From NCBI GenBank assembly GCA_965655095.1, contig OZ296650.1, forward strand, positions 79,298,001 to 79,362,000: a DNA stretch of 64,000 bases, read 5' to 3'. Position 1 is the stretch's first letter, and each line of letters opens with the position of its first letter. The DNA comes from Haplodiscus bocki. Its lineage: Eukaryota. The notes under the pieces were generated by a model. It did not search any database. It was not told where the DNA came from and saw only the letters and a list, made by a program, of their open reading frames with translations. Made by a program: the position numbers and the translations under genes. This document shows, one piece after another, positions 12,001 through 24,885 of this stretch.

Positions 12001-15000
12001 GTTGGGACCTGTAAAGAACGAGTTGAGCCAGTATTTAGGGAGAAACATCAATTAAAATGCCGAGGTGAGTCAGCATTTTTAAATTTTGTAATGGCTATTC
12101 TGAACCGCATTAGTTCCAAAAGAGTCAAAACAATAAATTTTTCAAAAACTCTTCCCTCCAAAAACACGTTGCTGACTAAGATTTTCATGGATGAATTCAG
12201 GCCATTAGCTACTGAGAAAAATGATTCATTGTGGCAAGAAGCTTCAGCTCTGATAGCGTTTCGGTCGTTTCGAACACACACAATTCGTATTATAGCACAG
12301 CACCCTCTGGTTGTCTAATTGACTCTCCTCTGCAGGAAACGCTGTTGACTGAGGCCTTGATTGAAGAAACGAAACTAATAGTAATGGCGACTTGATGTTT
12401 TGAATATCGAGTTGAGTCACTTCATAGGGATAAAAAACCATCCATGGCTAGTTTTACCCACAAAAATTCCGACAGAAAGAATAAAACTAAGAATTTTCCA
12501 GTCAAAAGGCCTCCATGGAAAAAGTTTTGCTGACTGAGGTTATGGTTGAAGCCTTTAAATTAATAGTTACTGAGAGACATGAAAGATCATAGTGAAAAAA
12601 TTCAATTTCAATTTCGTTTCTGGTAGATGTGGACTGACGCGATTCCGGTTCCATGAACAAAACCGGGGATTTTGTATTCAAAAACTCCTCTACGAAAAAC
12701 TATGTAATTTACACCGTGATAGAACAAATCAATTTTTTTGGAAATATAAATTTTTGAAGATGGTTATATGCCATTATTGATAGCGAGGATGCAAATTGTG
12801 GTTATTACGAAGTGCAAAAACTCCTTAAGAAGGAACAACATCGGTGGCTTTCAATTAATCAGCCCTTCAAAAAAAACTGATTGACGACTTCATGGAAGCA
12901 TTCAGCCCAAAACCCAAAAACGTAGGAAAATATGATTTTTCAATGGGAGATCTTTCATTGACAATGGCACTTCTGATATTTCCGGAAAAGCACGAGTCTG
13001 GCTCCAAGACCAATGATAAAAACTTTTCAAATAAAAAAACCTCCACGAAACAAACTAGGATATCCTGATAGAAGAAATCCAGCTAGATGTTTTGGAGACT
13101 TATGAATTTGAATTTCAAGATGAATGTTTTTTTATTAGCAAAAGAAGTTGGCTGTTTTGAATCACTGTGGATCCAAAAAAACAAAACTGTTATTTTTCGG
13201 AATGAGAGCCTTCCGGAAGCCAAACATTCTAAGTTGCGATCTGGCTAAAAGCCTTCAAGCCTAAGATTTAATGAGAAACATACGTTTTTATAGCGAGTTA
13301 ATTACATTAAAACAAGGTTCTCGGTACAATTGGACTAACATTGCTCCAACTCCCGTTTGAAAAACCCGGAGTTTCTATTCAGAAATTTGATGCAATGAGA
13401 AAGTGAAGGAAAAAACTAAGCCAATAGTTCCGCACATTTGTGGATTTCGAATGTCGATAATTATCAAAAGTAAGAACAAGGAACATTTGGATATCTGGAA
13501 CCACAATCTTAACAACAAGAAAGAACAAAGGCGATGATTTTTCAAAAGCACAGCTCTCCCTCAAGAATTTAATACCACTGAGACTTTTATGGATGCGTTC
13601 AGGCTATTGCTTACTGAGCAACACGACTCTTCATGGCGAGATGTTCCGAAAGGGAAAGCGCAATTGATTTCTTCGGACAAACTTGATTGCGTTTTCAAGA
13701 GCAAACTCATTGACTTCCCAGACGAAACAATTTTTACCCAGAACTTTGGACTAAGGCCTTGATGAAACAATTTAAGCAGGTATATTTAGAGGTAAAGTGA
13801 CAAAAATATCAAGTTGAGACAGAATAATTAGAGAAGAATATGTTATTTCTGGCTTATTCGAATCACAATGGTTCCAACAGGAAAAACAAGAGCGATGCTT
13901 TTCCAGATGTGCAACCCTCAAGAAGAAAAATTTTGAAATGCCACCTTGATCGAAACAACCCGGCCAACATCTGTTGAGAAACATGGAATTTTATGGCGAG
14001 ATGCAACACCATTTTTAACGTTTTTGCTAATTTTGGACACAACCTATGAAATCAGATAAATTAGTACGGCACTCAAAACAATCTTGGTTGAGACTTCGAT
14101 GGAAAAAACCAGGCTGATGAATATGGAGATGTATATGTTTGAATATCGAAATAAGTAAGTATTAAGGGCAGAAAAGCAAAATTCCAATAGAAAGTGAAAA
14201 AACAATGGATTTTCGAAAAAACATATCTTCAACACACACCCTGCTGAATGAGACTAGTTGGAAGCTTTCAGGCCAGTAGTTGTTGAGTGACATGAAAAAC
14301 CATATCAATAGAGTTCAGGAAAAAACAGCACTTTTAGCGAAGTTGGATTAACACGATTGCAGTTTCAGTCACAAAACTGCGGAACTTCCAAGCGAAAACT
14401 CTTCGACAAAAAAGACAGCCGATTGAAAAATTGATGGAACGAATCAAGTTTATCAATGTTTATAGTTGAGGACTTACAGAAACTTGAACATCAAGAAGGG
14501 TCAGTATTATTAGCGAAAAAGATGTAATTTCTGGCTAATTCGAATCACGATATTTCCAACAGAAAAAACAAGACCAACAGTTTTTCAGAAACGCAGCCCA
14601 GCATAAAAAATTTGTTTAATAAGACCTTCATGGAACGATTGAAGACAACAGATCATCAGAAGAAGGAATTTTCAAAAGCGAGATAAGTCAATACTCATAG
14701 CGTTTTTCGCGTGTTCGAACAAAACCGATTGTGGTTCCAAGAGCAAATTCTAAGACTTCCATTCCAACAAACTCTCCTGAAAAAAAGCTGCTGATGTGTA
14801 TATTGATGGAAAAAACAAAGCCAAGGGTTATCGATATATATGAGTTTTTAAGTTGCGATAATCCAATATCGACAACGTTTTTGGTAAACTTGGGCCAAAA
14901 CGATTATTTTCTCAGCAACAATGACCTATGATTTTTAAATCGAGTACTACTCCAAAAAAACGAGCCTGATTGAGTTTTTGACGGAACAAATGAATCCAAT

Positions 15001-16337
15001 AGTTTTCGTAACTTTTGATTCTGAAGATGGCTACATGTCAAGGGTAATGGCAAAGTAGCAAATTTTGGCTTTTTCGAACCACAAGGATAGCAACAGAATG
15101 AACAAAAGCGACAGTTTTTCACAATTGCAGCCCTCAACCACAAATTTTTGTTAACTGAGACTGTCATGAATGCATGCAGGCCATAGGCAGGTGAGAAGCT
15201 TGAATTCTCAACGAGAAATGATTCAAAACGAATAAGAAGAGTTGCCTGTTTTGAGAAAACACGACTAGGTTTCCAGAAATTTTCCAATTAGAAAACATTT
15301 CGGAAACGACTTTTGACCGACACCTTGATGGGAGAAACCAAGTCCACTTGTCAGGGTAAAAGAAATTGGAACTCGAGAGAAGTCAAAAGTTTTGGCAAGA
15401 AAGCAATTTTTGGTTGTTTCGAAGCACAATAGCTGCAAGTTATATTTTCAGTTAGGAGACATTTCCATGCTAAGCGTTTTGGATTGAGACATATCTAGAA
15501 ACCTTCAGGCCAGCAGTTTTTGAGGAACATGACTTTTCTAGCGAGATAAAGCAAAAAATGTCAATGATGGTAATTGATGGTAAGTTCCAGTCCTTTACCA
15601 CATCACAAAACGCGTTGCTGACTGACACCCTGATGGATGAAATCATCTTCAAAGGTACAGAGGTACGGCGAATTGAGGAGCCAGATAGATCAACATTATT
15701 CACGGAGAAGATGCTGTTTTTGGCTAAATCGAATCACAATGGATCTAACAACACAAAGCCAATAGGACGGTTTTTCAAATGAGCAGCCCTTTGCAAAAAC
15801 GTTGTTGATTGAGCCTTTGATGGAATCTTTCAGGCCAAAAGTTCGTAAGACACATGAGTTTTCATAGCCATATATTACACCTTTAGTGACGTTCCTGGTT
15901 TTTTTTGGTCAAACACGAGTCCGTTTTCACGAAGGGAACCTATGAACCCTGCAATCGAGTACTACTCCGCCTAAGCACTTAGCATTCGGTGGAGGAAATC
16001 CGACCAATAGTTACGGAGCCACTGGAATTTGAAGATCAACTTAGTCAAAAGCAATGGCGAAGAAAAGGAGGTGTTCATTTCGAACGACAAAGATTCCAAC
16101 AAAATGATTTGACTAGATGGGTTTTAGAATGGGCAGCCTTCCAATGAAAACGTTTCTGACTGAGACATTGATGGAGGCATTCAGGGCAATAGTTACTCAG
16201 GGACCTGATAAAACTTATCGATACAAAACAAAAGACATAGAACTTTCGACAAAGTTGGACTAACACGACTGCGGTTCTAGTCACAACGTTGCGGATTTAC
16301 TATACGAAAAATCATATACAAAAAATTGTTCACAGAA

Positions 16338-17351
16338 AATTCTTGCTTCTTTTTACTCAAACGCCTAAATGCATTGTATTAACTTTTTGGGGATGTTGTT
16401 GTGATTGCTAGCTAAGTTAATACTGCGGATAAAATTGGTCTGACCTGACTTGAGTACTCAGATAAATCTGAGTATTCTCAGTTTTTTTCCCAAGAAACAA
16501 CCAGCCCCTACTTGGATAACACTTCAACTCTACAGTCTTTTCTAGATCACAAACATTCCAGAAAAGGCATCAACCAAAAATACAAACAGCAGCACAATAA
16601 GTCCAACGAATTTTCACGAACTTCTTCTTGAAATGTGTATGTATTAAAACTGACATAGACTAAAGCTGAACTGTTCGTCACCTTGACATGTAATTCAGTC
16701 ATGATACGTCATCAACCCCAATTTAAAAATACCATCTGAAACTTTCGAAAGAAAGCAGAATGACCAACAAACTGAAATCTACCACTCCAACCCGATAACT
16801 GATAATCCATGATTGTTTCGCACCTAAAATTTTAGGTCGAACCTTCGAGATTTAACTGATAAACCTAGTTTAACCTACTGAAAACTCCTGTAAAATGGAG
16901 CGATTAGGAAAAACTGAACCTTTTTAAAACTGAAACGCTTCGCTGAGGACAAAATACTTTGACGAGACCATGAAAAAATCATAAATTGAAAATCGACCGA
17001 AGTGTCCTAACAATGTTCTGAACATCCCTTGAAGTTTGACTTCTAAAATCAAAAATCCACTCGGATGCAATACATACATATTTATAGAAGTAGTTCCTCC
17101 TTTATCGTTGGCCAAAACTTAACGCTGCGTTTATTTCTTTCTTATGACATTTTATGAGAATTTATGATCTAGATATAAATCCAGATTTGAAGTAATATCC
17201 AAGTAGAAAATAGTTGCTTCTTAAGAGCAAAACTGAGAAATCTTACAATCATCTGAGTACGCAAAAAAGATCAAATCAACCTAATCCGATCTATTAATTT
17301 AGCTAGCAACCACAACAACGTCCGCAAAAATTTAATACAATGCATTCAGGC
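16338..17351. mobile_element. Foldback element copy 4 (alpha)
   Basis: Paralog of copy 1 within the 12.08-kb duplication (ORF 4842 vs 16924). Confidence 0.75.
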
Positions 17352-18209
17352 CAAAAAACAGTGAAAAGCATGAAATTTCATAGGAAGATGGTTCAAGAAA
17401 AAAGGGTCTTTTGGCTAAATTGGACGAACATGATTTCAGTTCCAGGAACAAATTCTTCGACTTTCCCAAAAGGAAACCCTTCCGAAATAACTGCTGGTTG
17501 AAGCCGTGATCGATGAAATCAAGCGCATACTAACTGGGATTCATGGAATTGAAAATCGACGGAAATCAGCAATACCGCCAAAGAAACAATTTTTGGCTGT
17601 TTCAATTCTCAATGATTCCGAAAAAAAGGAACGGTCGTTTTTAAATTGAGCAGTTCTGCACAAAAAATGTGGAATGAAACCTCGAAGGCTTCAGGCCAAA
17701 TGTTGATGAGAAGCATGAGTTTTAACAGGTATCTAATACAAACATGGTGGCATTTGTGGTAATTTTGGACAGAAACGATTCTGATTTCACAAACAAAAGC
17801 TATTAAAATACCAATGGGGTACTACTGCGCCAAGAAAAGTGCTGCTTGAGTGTTTGATGGAAGAAATTCTTCAAATAGCTAAGGAGCTACTGGAATTTGA
17901 AGGTCAACATGAGTCCAAGGCAATGGCAAAAATGTATAAGGTGTTCAATTCGAACGACTAAAATTGCAAAAAAAAGTGATCTGACTAAATGGGTTTTAAA
18001 ATGGCCAGCCTTTCAACGAAAACGTTGCTGACTGAGACATCGATGGAGGCTTTCAGGCCAATAGTTACTGAGGGACCTGATAAAACATATCGATACAAAA
18101 CAAAAGAAGTAGAACTTTTGACAAAGTTGGACTAATACGACTGCGAATCTAGTTACAAGGTCGTGGATTTACTAGAAGAAAAATCATATACAAAAGTTTA
18201 TTCATAGAA

Positions 18210-19220
18210 ATTTCTTGCTTCTCAATACTCAAACGCCTAAATGCATTGTATTAACTTTTTAAGGATGTTGCTGAGATTGCGAGCTAAATCAAAACTTCGG
18301 ATAGAGCTAATTTGATCTAACTTGAGTACTCATATAGTTCTGAGATTTCTCAGTTTTTCTCTTGACAAACAACTATTCTCTACTTGGATAATACTTCGAC
18401 TTTAGATTTTTTTTATTCCACAAATATTCATGAAAAGGCGTAAACAAAAAACAAAAACAGGGTTGCTTTTTGTCCAATGAATTTTCAGGAACTTCTTCTC
18501 TAAATGTGTATGTATTACAACTGACATAGACTCAAGTCGGTTTATTCTTCACATTGGCATGTAACTCTGTCATGATATGTCATCAACCCCAAACTAAAAT
18601 TAACTTCTGAAGTTTTCGAAAGAAAGTGAAATGCCAACAAACTGAAATCAACCATTCCAGATAGATAACTGACAATCCATGATTGTTTCGCACCTAAAAC
18701 TAGAGGTCGAACACTTTGAGACTTATTTGATAAAACCAGCTTAAACTACTGAAAAGTCCTGTAAAAAGGAGAGATTAGGAGAAAATCGAACTTCTTACAA
18801 CTGACACACTATAGAGAGAACAAGAAACTTTGAAGACCATGAAAAAATCTAAAACTGAAAACCCAGTGGAACGAGCTAACAATTTTATGAAAAAGTCGTG
18901 AAGTTCAATTTTTAAAATTAAAACTCCAACCGGATGTAAGACAAACACATTTAGAGAAGTAAATCCTGAAATATCCATGGACAAAACGTAACTCTGTTTA
19001 TATTTCTTGTTTATGACTTTCGATGAAAATTTATGATCTAGGTATAAATCCAGATTGGAAGTAATATCCAAGCAGAGAATAGTTGTTTCTTAAAAGAAAA
19101 AGTCAGAAATCTTAGAATAATCTGAGTACTCAAGTTACATCAAATCTACCTTATCCGTAGTAATAACTTAGCTAGTAACCACAACGAGATCCCCAAAGAG
19201 TTAATACAATTGATTCAGGC
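18210..19220. mobile_element. Foldback element copy 5 (beta)
   Basis: Paralog of copy 2 within the 12.08-kb duplication. Confidence 0.75.
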
Positions 19221-20079
19221 CAAAAAAGTGAAAGGCATGAAATTTCATAGGAAGATGATTCAAAAAGGATGGATCTTTTGGCATTTTTGGTCGAACATGA
19301 TTCCAATTCCAGGAACAAAGTTTTTGATTTTCCCAATAGAAAAACCTTCGGAAAAAAACTGCTGGTTGAACCGTGATCGATGAACTCAAGCCCATAGTAA
19401 CTGGGATTTATGATATGGAAAATCGACGGTAATGAGCATTATCGCCAAAGAAACAGTTTGTGGCTGTTTCTAAATCTCGTTGGTTCCGAAAGAAAAAAAA
19501 GGAACGGTGGTTTTTCAATTGAGCAAATTTTCACAAAATTTTGTGGGAAGAAACCTCGAAGCCTTAGGGCCAATTTTTTGTGAGGAACATGAGTTTTCAC
19601 AGGTATCTAATACAAACTTAGGGGCGTTTGTAGTATTTTTGACAAAAACGATTCTGGTTTCACGAACAAAAGTTATTAAAATACCAATGGAGTAATACTG
19701 CTCCAAAAAAGTGCTGCTCGAGTGTTTGATGGAGGAAATTATTCGAATAGCTAAGGAGTTAATGGAAATTGAAGACCAACATAATTCAACAGCAATGGCA
19801 AAGAAGTAGAAGGTGTTCAGTTCGAACGACGACGATTCCAACAAAAGGAGTTGACAAGATGGGTTTTGAAATGGACAAAATTCCAATGAAAACGTAGCTG
19901 ACTGAGACATTGATGGAGAAATTCAGGCCAATAGTTACTGAGGGACTTGAAAAACTTATCTCTAGAAATTAAAAAAAGTTGAACTTTCGACAAAGTTGGA
20001 CTAACACGACTGCGGTTTTAGTCACAAAGTCGCGGATATACTGAACGAAAACACATAACGAAAAAAATATTTGACACAA

Positions 20080-21067
20080 ATTTCTTGCCTCTCAATATTC
20101 AACGGCCCAAATGCATTTTCTTAATTTTTTACGGATGTTGTTGTGGTTGCTCAATAAATTAAAACTTCCGACAAAGCTGATTTGATCAAACTTGAGTACT
20201 CATATAATTCTGAGAATTCTCAGTTTTTCTCTTAGGAAACAATTATTCTCTACTTAGATAAGACTTCAATTCTAGATTTTTTTCCAGATCACAAACATCC
20301 ATGGAATGCATAAACAAGAAATACAGACAAGGTTACCTTTTGTCTAATGAATTTTCAGGAACTTCTTCTCTAAATTTGTATGTATTACAACTGACATAGA
20401 CCAAAGTCAGATTGTTCGTCACATTGAAATGTAATTCTGTCATGATACGTCATCAACACCAAATTAAAAGTAACTTCTGAAGTTTTTTAAAGAAGGTGAA
20501 AAGTCAACAAACTGAAATCAACAATTCCAGATTGATAACTGATAATCCTTGATTGTTTCGCACTTAAAACTAAAGGTCGAGCCCTTGAAATTTAACTGAT
20601 AAAGCCAGCTTAACCTACTGAAAACTCCTTTGGAAAGGATAGATTTTGAAAAAATGAACCTTCTTATAACCAAAACACTTGACTGTGTACAGAAGGTTTA
20701 GACGAGACCTTGATAAAATCTAAAACTGGAAACCTATTGAAATGTTCTATAATTTCTTTTGACCACGCACTGATGTTTAAATTTCCGAAACTAAAAACAC
20801 CCTCGGATGTAATACATACGTTTTTAAAAAAAATGCTGAAAATTATTCGGACAATATGTAATTTTCTTAGTTTTGCCCATTCCCTATTTTTTATGGACAT
20901 TTATGATCTAGATATAGACCTAGTGTTCAAGTAGAGAATAGTTGTTTCTCAAGGGAAATACTTTGAATTATCTGATTATTCAATTTAGATCAGATCAGTC
21001 CTCTCCGTGGCATCAACTTAGCTAGCAACCACAACAGCATCCTTAAAACTTTTCAAATCGTTCAGGC
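20080..21067. mobile_element. Foldback element copy 6 (variant gamma)
   Basis: Same structure, more diverged, with a small deletion in the right arm. Confidence 0.7.
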
Positions 21068-21836
21068 CAAAAAATTGCGAGGGGCGTGAACTGTCATAGA
21101 AAAATAATTCACAAAGAATGGCTCTTTTAGCTATCTTGGGCGAACATAATTTCAGTTCCAGGAACAAAGTTTTTTGACTTTCTAAATAGAAAGCTCTTCA
21201 GGAATCTGTGCTGGCGGAGACTCTCTCATTGGTTCCGAAACAAAAAAAGTAGCGTCGGTTTTCGGTTTTCCAATTGAGCATTTTGTCACAAAAGTGTTGT
21301 GGAAAAAAATTCGAAGCCTTCAGGCCAAATGTTGGTGAAGAACGTGAGTTTCCACAGGCATCTAATAAAAATTATTGGTGTTTCTGTTTTTTTTTCGGAC
21401 AAAAACGATTCTGGTTTTACGAATACAAGCTATTAAAATACCAACGGAGTACTACTCCGGCAAAGAAGTGCTGCTTGATTTTTTTGATGAAAGAAAACTT
21501 TACAGTAGGAAAGAAACTACTGGAAATTGAAGTTCAACATCAGTCAAAAGCAATGGCAAAGATTTATATGGTGGTCATTTCCAACAACAAAGCAGCCAAC
21601 AAAAGGAGCTGCTAGATGGGTTTCGAAATGGGCAGCCTTCCACGGAAAACGTAACTGACTGAAACACTGACTGAGGCATTCAGGCCAAAAGTTTCTGAGG
21701 GACCTGAGACAACATATCGTTATCAATCAAAAAAGCATCTTTTTCGACAAAGTTGGACTAACACGACTGCGGTTTTAGTCACAAAGTCGCGGATATACTA
21801 AACGAAAACACATAACGAAAAAAATTTTTGACAGAA

Positions 21837-22824
21837 ATTTCTTGCCTCTCAATATTCAACGGCCCAAATGCATTGTATTAATTTTTTACGGATGTTGTTG
21901 TGGTTGCTCAATAAATTAAAACTTCCGACAAAGCTGATTTGATCAAACTTGAGTACTCATATAATTCTGAGAGTTCTCAGTTTTTCTCTTAGGAAACAAT
22001 TATTCTCTACTTAGATAAGACTTCAATTCTAGATTTTTTTCCAGATCACAAACATCCATGGAATGCATAAACAAGAAATACAGACAAGGTTACCTTTTGT
22101 CTAATGAATTTTCAGGAACTTCTTCTCTAAATTTGTATGTATTACAACTGACATAGACCAAAGTCAGATTGTTCGTCACATTGAAATGTAATTCTGTCAT
22201 GATACGTCATCAACACCAAATTAAAAGTAACTTCTGAAGTTTTTTAAAGAAGGTGAAAAGTCAACAAACTGAAATCAACAATTCCAGATTGATAACTGAT
22301 AATCCTTGATTGTTTCGCACTTAAAACTAAAGGTCGAGCCCTTGAAATTTAACTGATAAAGCCAGCTTAACCTACTGAAAACTCCTTTGGAAAGGATAGA
22401 TTTTGAAAAAATGAACCTTCTTATAACCAAAACACTTGACTGTGTACAGAAGGTTTAGACGAGACCTTGATAAAATCTAAAACTGGAAACCTATTGAAAT
22501 GTTCTATAATTTCTTTTGACCACGCACTGATGTTTAAATTTCCAAAACTAAAAACACCCTCGGATGTAATACATACGTTTTTAAAAAAAATGCTGAAAAT
22601 TATTCGGACAATATGTAATTTTCTTAGTTTTGCCCATTTCCTATTTTTTATGGACATTTATGATCTAGATATAGACCTAGTGTTCAAGTAGAGAATAGTT
22701 GTTTCTCAAGGGAAATACTTTGAATTATCTGATTATTCAATTTAGATCAGATCAGCCCTCTCCGTGGCATCAACTTAGCTAGCAACCACAACAGCATCCT
22801 TAAAACTTTTCAAATCGTTCAGGC
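21837..22824. mobile_element. Foldback element copy 7 (gamma), near-identical to copy 6
   Basis: Offset 1757 bp (ORFs 20664 vs 22421 and 20710 vs 22467). Confidence 0.7.
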
Positions 22825-24611
22825 CAAAAATTGCGAGGGGCGTGAACTGTCATAGAAAAATAATTCACAAAGAATGGCTCTTTTAGCTATCTTGGGCGAA
22901 CAAAATTTCAGTTCCAGGAACAAAGTTTTTTGACTTTCTAAATAGAAAGCTCTTCAAGAATCTGTGCTGGCGGAGACTCTCTCATTGGTTCCGAAACAAA
23001 AAAAGTAGCGTCGGTTTTCGGTTTTCCAATTGAGCATTTTGTCGCAAAAGTGTTGTGGAAAAAAAAATTCGAAGCCTTCAGGCCAAATGTTGGTGAAGAA
23101 CGTGAGTTTCCACAGGCATCTAATAAAAATTATTGGTGTTTCTGTTTTTTTTCCGGACAAAAACGATTCTGGTTTTACGAATACAAGCTATTAAAATACC
23201 AACGGAGTACTACTCCGGCAAAGAAGTGCTGCTTGATTTTTTTGATGAAAGAAAATTTTAAAGTAGGAAAGAAACTACTGGAAATTGAAGTTCAACATCA
23301 GTCAAAAGCAATGGCAAAGATTTATATGGTGGTCATTTCCAACAACAAAGCAGCCAACAAAAGGAGCTGCTAGATGGGTTTCGAAATGGACAGCCTTGCA
23401 CGGAAAACGTAACTGACTGAAACACTGACTGAGGCATTCAGGCCAAAAGTTTCTGAGGGACCTGAAACAACATATCGTTATAAATCAAAAAGCATCTTTT
23501 TCGACAAAGTTGGACTAACATGACTGCAGTTCTAGTAACAGAGTCGCGGGTTTTCCAAACGAAATCTAAATTACAAAAAAAAACATTTGACTGAGAACTT
23601 CACGGAAGGAATCAAGTTTACAGTTATAGATAAAAATATATTCGAAAACCTTAACAGTCAGTTCTTTTAGCAATGAAGATATTGTTTTTGATTAAATTAA
23701 GTCACAATGTTTCCAACGGTAGAAAAAGACCGTTGATTTTTCATATGTGCAGCCCTGAACAAAAGTGTTGTTGAAACAAAACCTACTATGAACTTTTAGG
23801 CCAAAAGCTCCTAAGAAAGAGGAATAATCACAGCGAGATAATTCAATACTGATAGCGTTTTTTGCTAAGTTTGGAAATACATGATTCTGGATCAAAAGTT
23901 ATGTCAAGGAAATAATTTTTGGCTTTCTCGAAGCAGAATGATATCAACAGAATGAGCAAAAGCGATAGTTTCCAATTTCGAAGCCTATCACCAAACACTC
24001 AAGATACCTGCGACTTTTATGGATGCATTCAGGCCAAAAAATAGTGGGAGGCGTGAATTTTCAAAAAAAAGATGATTCAGAAAGGTTGGCGCTTTTAGCC
24101 ATTTTGGGTAAAGACGATTCCATTCTAAGGAACAAACTCTCTGACTTTCCAAATGAAAAACCCCTCAGAAAAAATTGCTGGCTGAGACCTTCATTGATGA
24201 AATCAAGCCCACAGTTATTGCAATACCTAACACAGAAAATCCAGGAAAATCAAAAAATAGCGCCAAAGAAACAGTGTTTGTCTGCTTCGAATCTCAAATG
24301 GTTCCGACAAAAAAAAGGCACCGGTATTTTTTCAACGGAGCAATTTTTGGCAAAAGTGTTGTGAATTGAGGCCTCGCAACATTCAGGCCAAAATTTTGTG
24401 AGAAATATGAGTTATCATAGCCAAACAGAACAAACTTAGTGCTGTTCTGGTTGCTTCAAAAAAACGTGATTCTGGTTCAAAAGTAAGGTCAAAGAAGCAA
24501 ATTTTAGTTAATTCAAACCATGGTATTTTCAACGGTATGACCAAAATTGATGGTTTTCAAATGTACTGCACGTCACTAATCAGTTCTGATAACGGAAAAC
24601 ATCATGGATGC

Positions 24612-24885
24612 TGTAATACATAGGCATTCAGCGAAGAAGTTCCTGAAATATCATTGGACAAAATGTAACTCTGTTTTTAATTGTTATTTATGACATTCTA
24701 TGAAGATTTATGATCTAGATATCAATTTAGAGTGGAAGTACTATCCAAGTAGAGAATAGTTTTTTCTTAAGAGAAATACTGCGAACTCTTAGAAAAATCG
24801 GAGTACTCAGGTTAGATCAAGTCAACCTTATCCGTAGTATTAACATAGCCAGCAACCACAACAACATTCCTAAAAAGTTCATGCA
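24612..24885. mobile_element. Solo right arm of the foldback element
   Basis: 'tgtaatacataggcattcagcgaagaagttcctgaaatatcattggac...ttatccgtagtattaacatagccagcaaccacaacaacattcctaaaaagtt' matches the right arm. There is no left arm or spacer, and the flanks differ from the other copies. Confidence 0.7.

Larger units (their letters stand above)
12086..19980 (+). repeat. Segmental direct duplication of ~1-7900 (period ~12.08 kb)
   Basis: Matching ORFs at constant offsets of 12080-12085 (233/12318, 1299/13379, 2824/14904, 4842/16924, 7433/19515). Sequence at 12086 reproduces window position 1. Confidence 0.95.

Noticed and set aside
18775-19071. 'VLSMDISGFTSL' resembling the nucleotide-cyclase motif DISGFT
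   Set aside because: It occurs in only one foldback arm copy. Paralogous arms read differently (e.g. NDKGATTS), and no other cyclase motifs are present.
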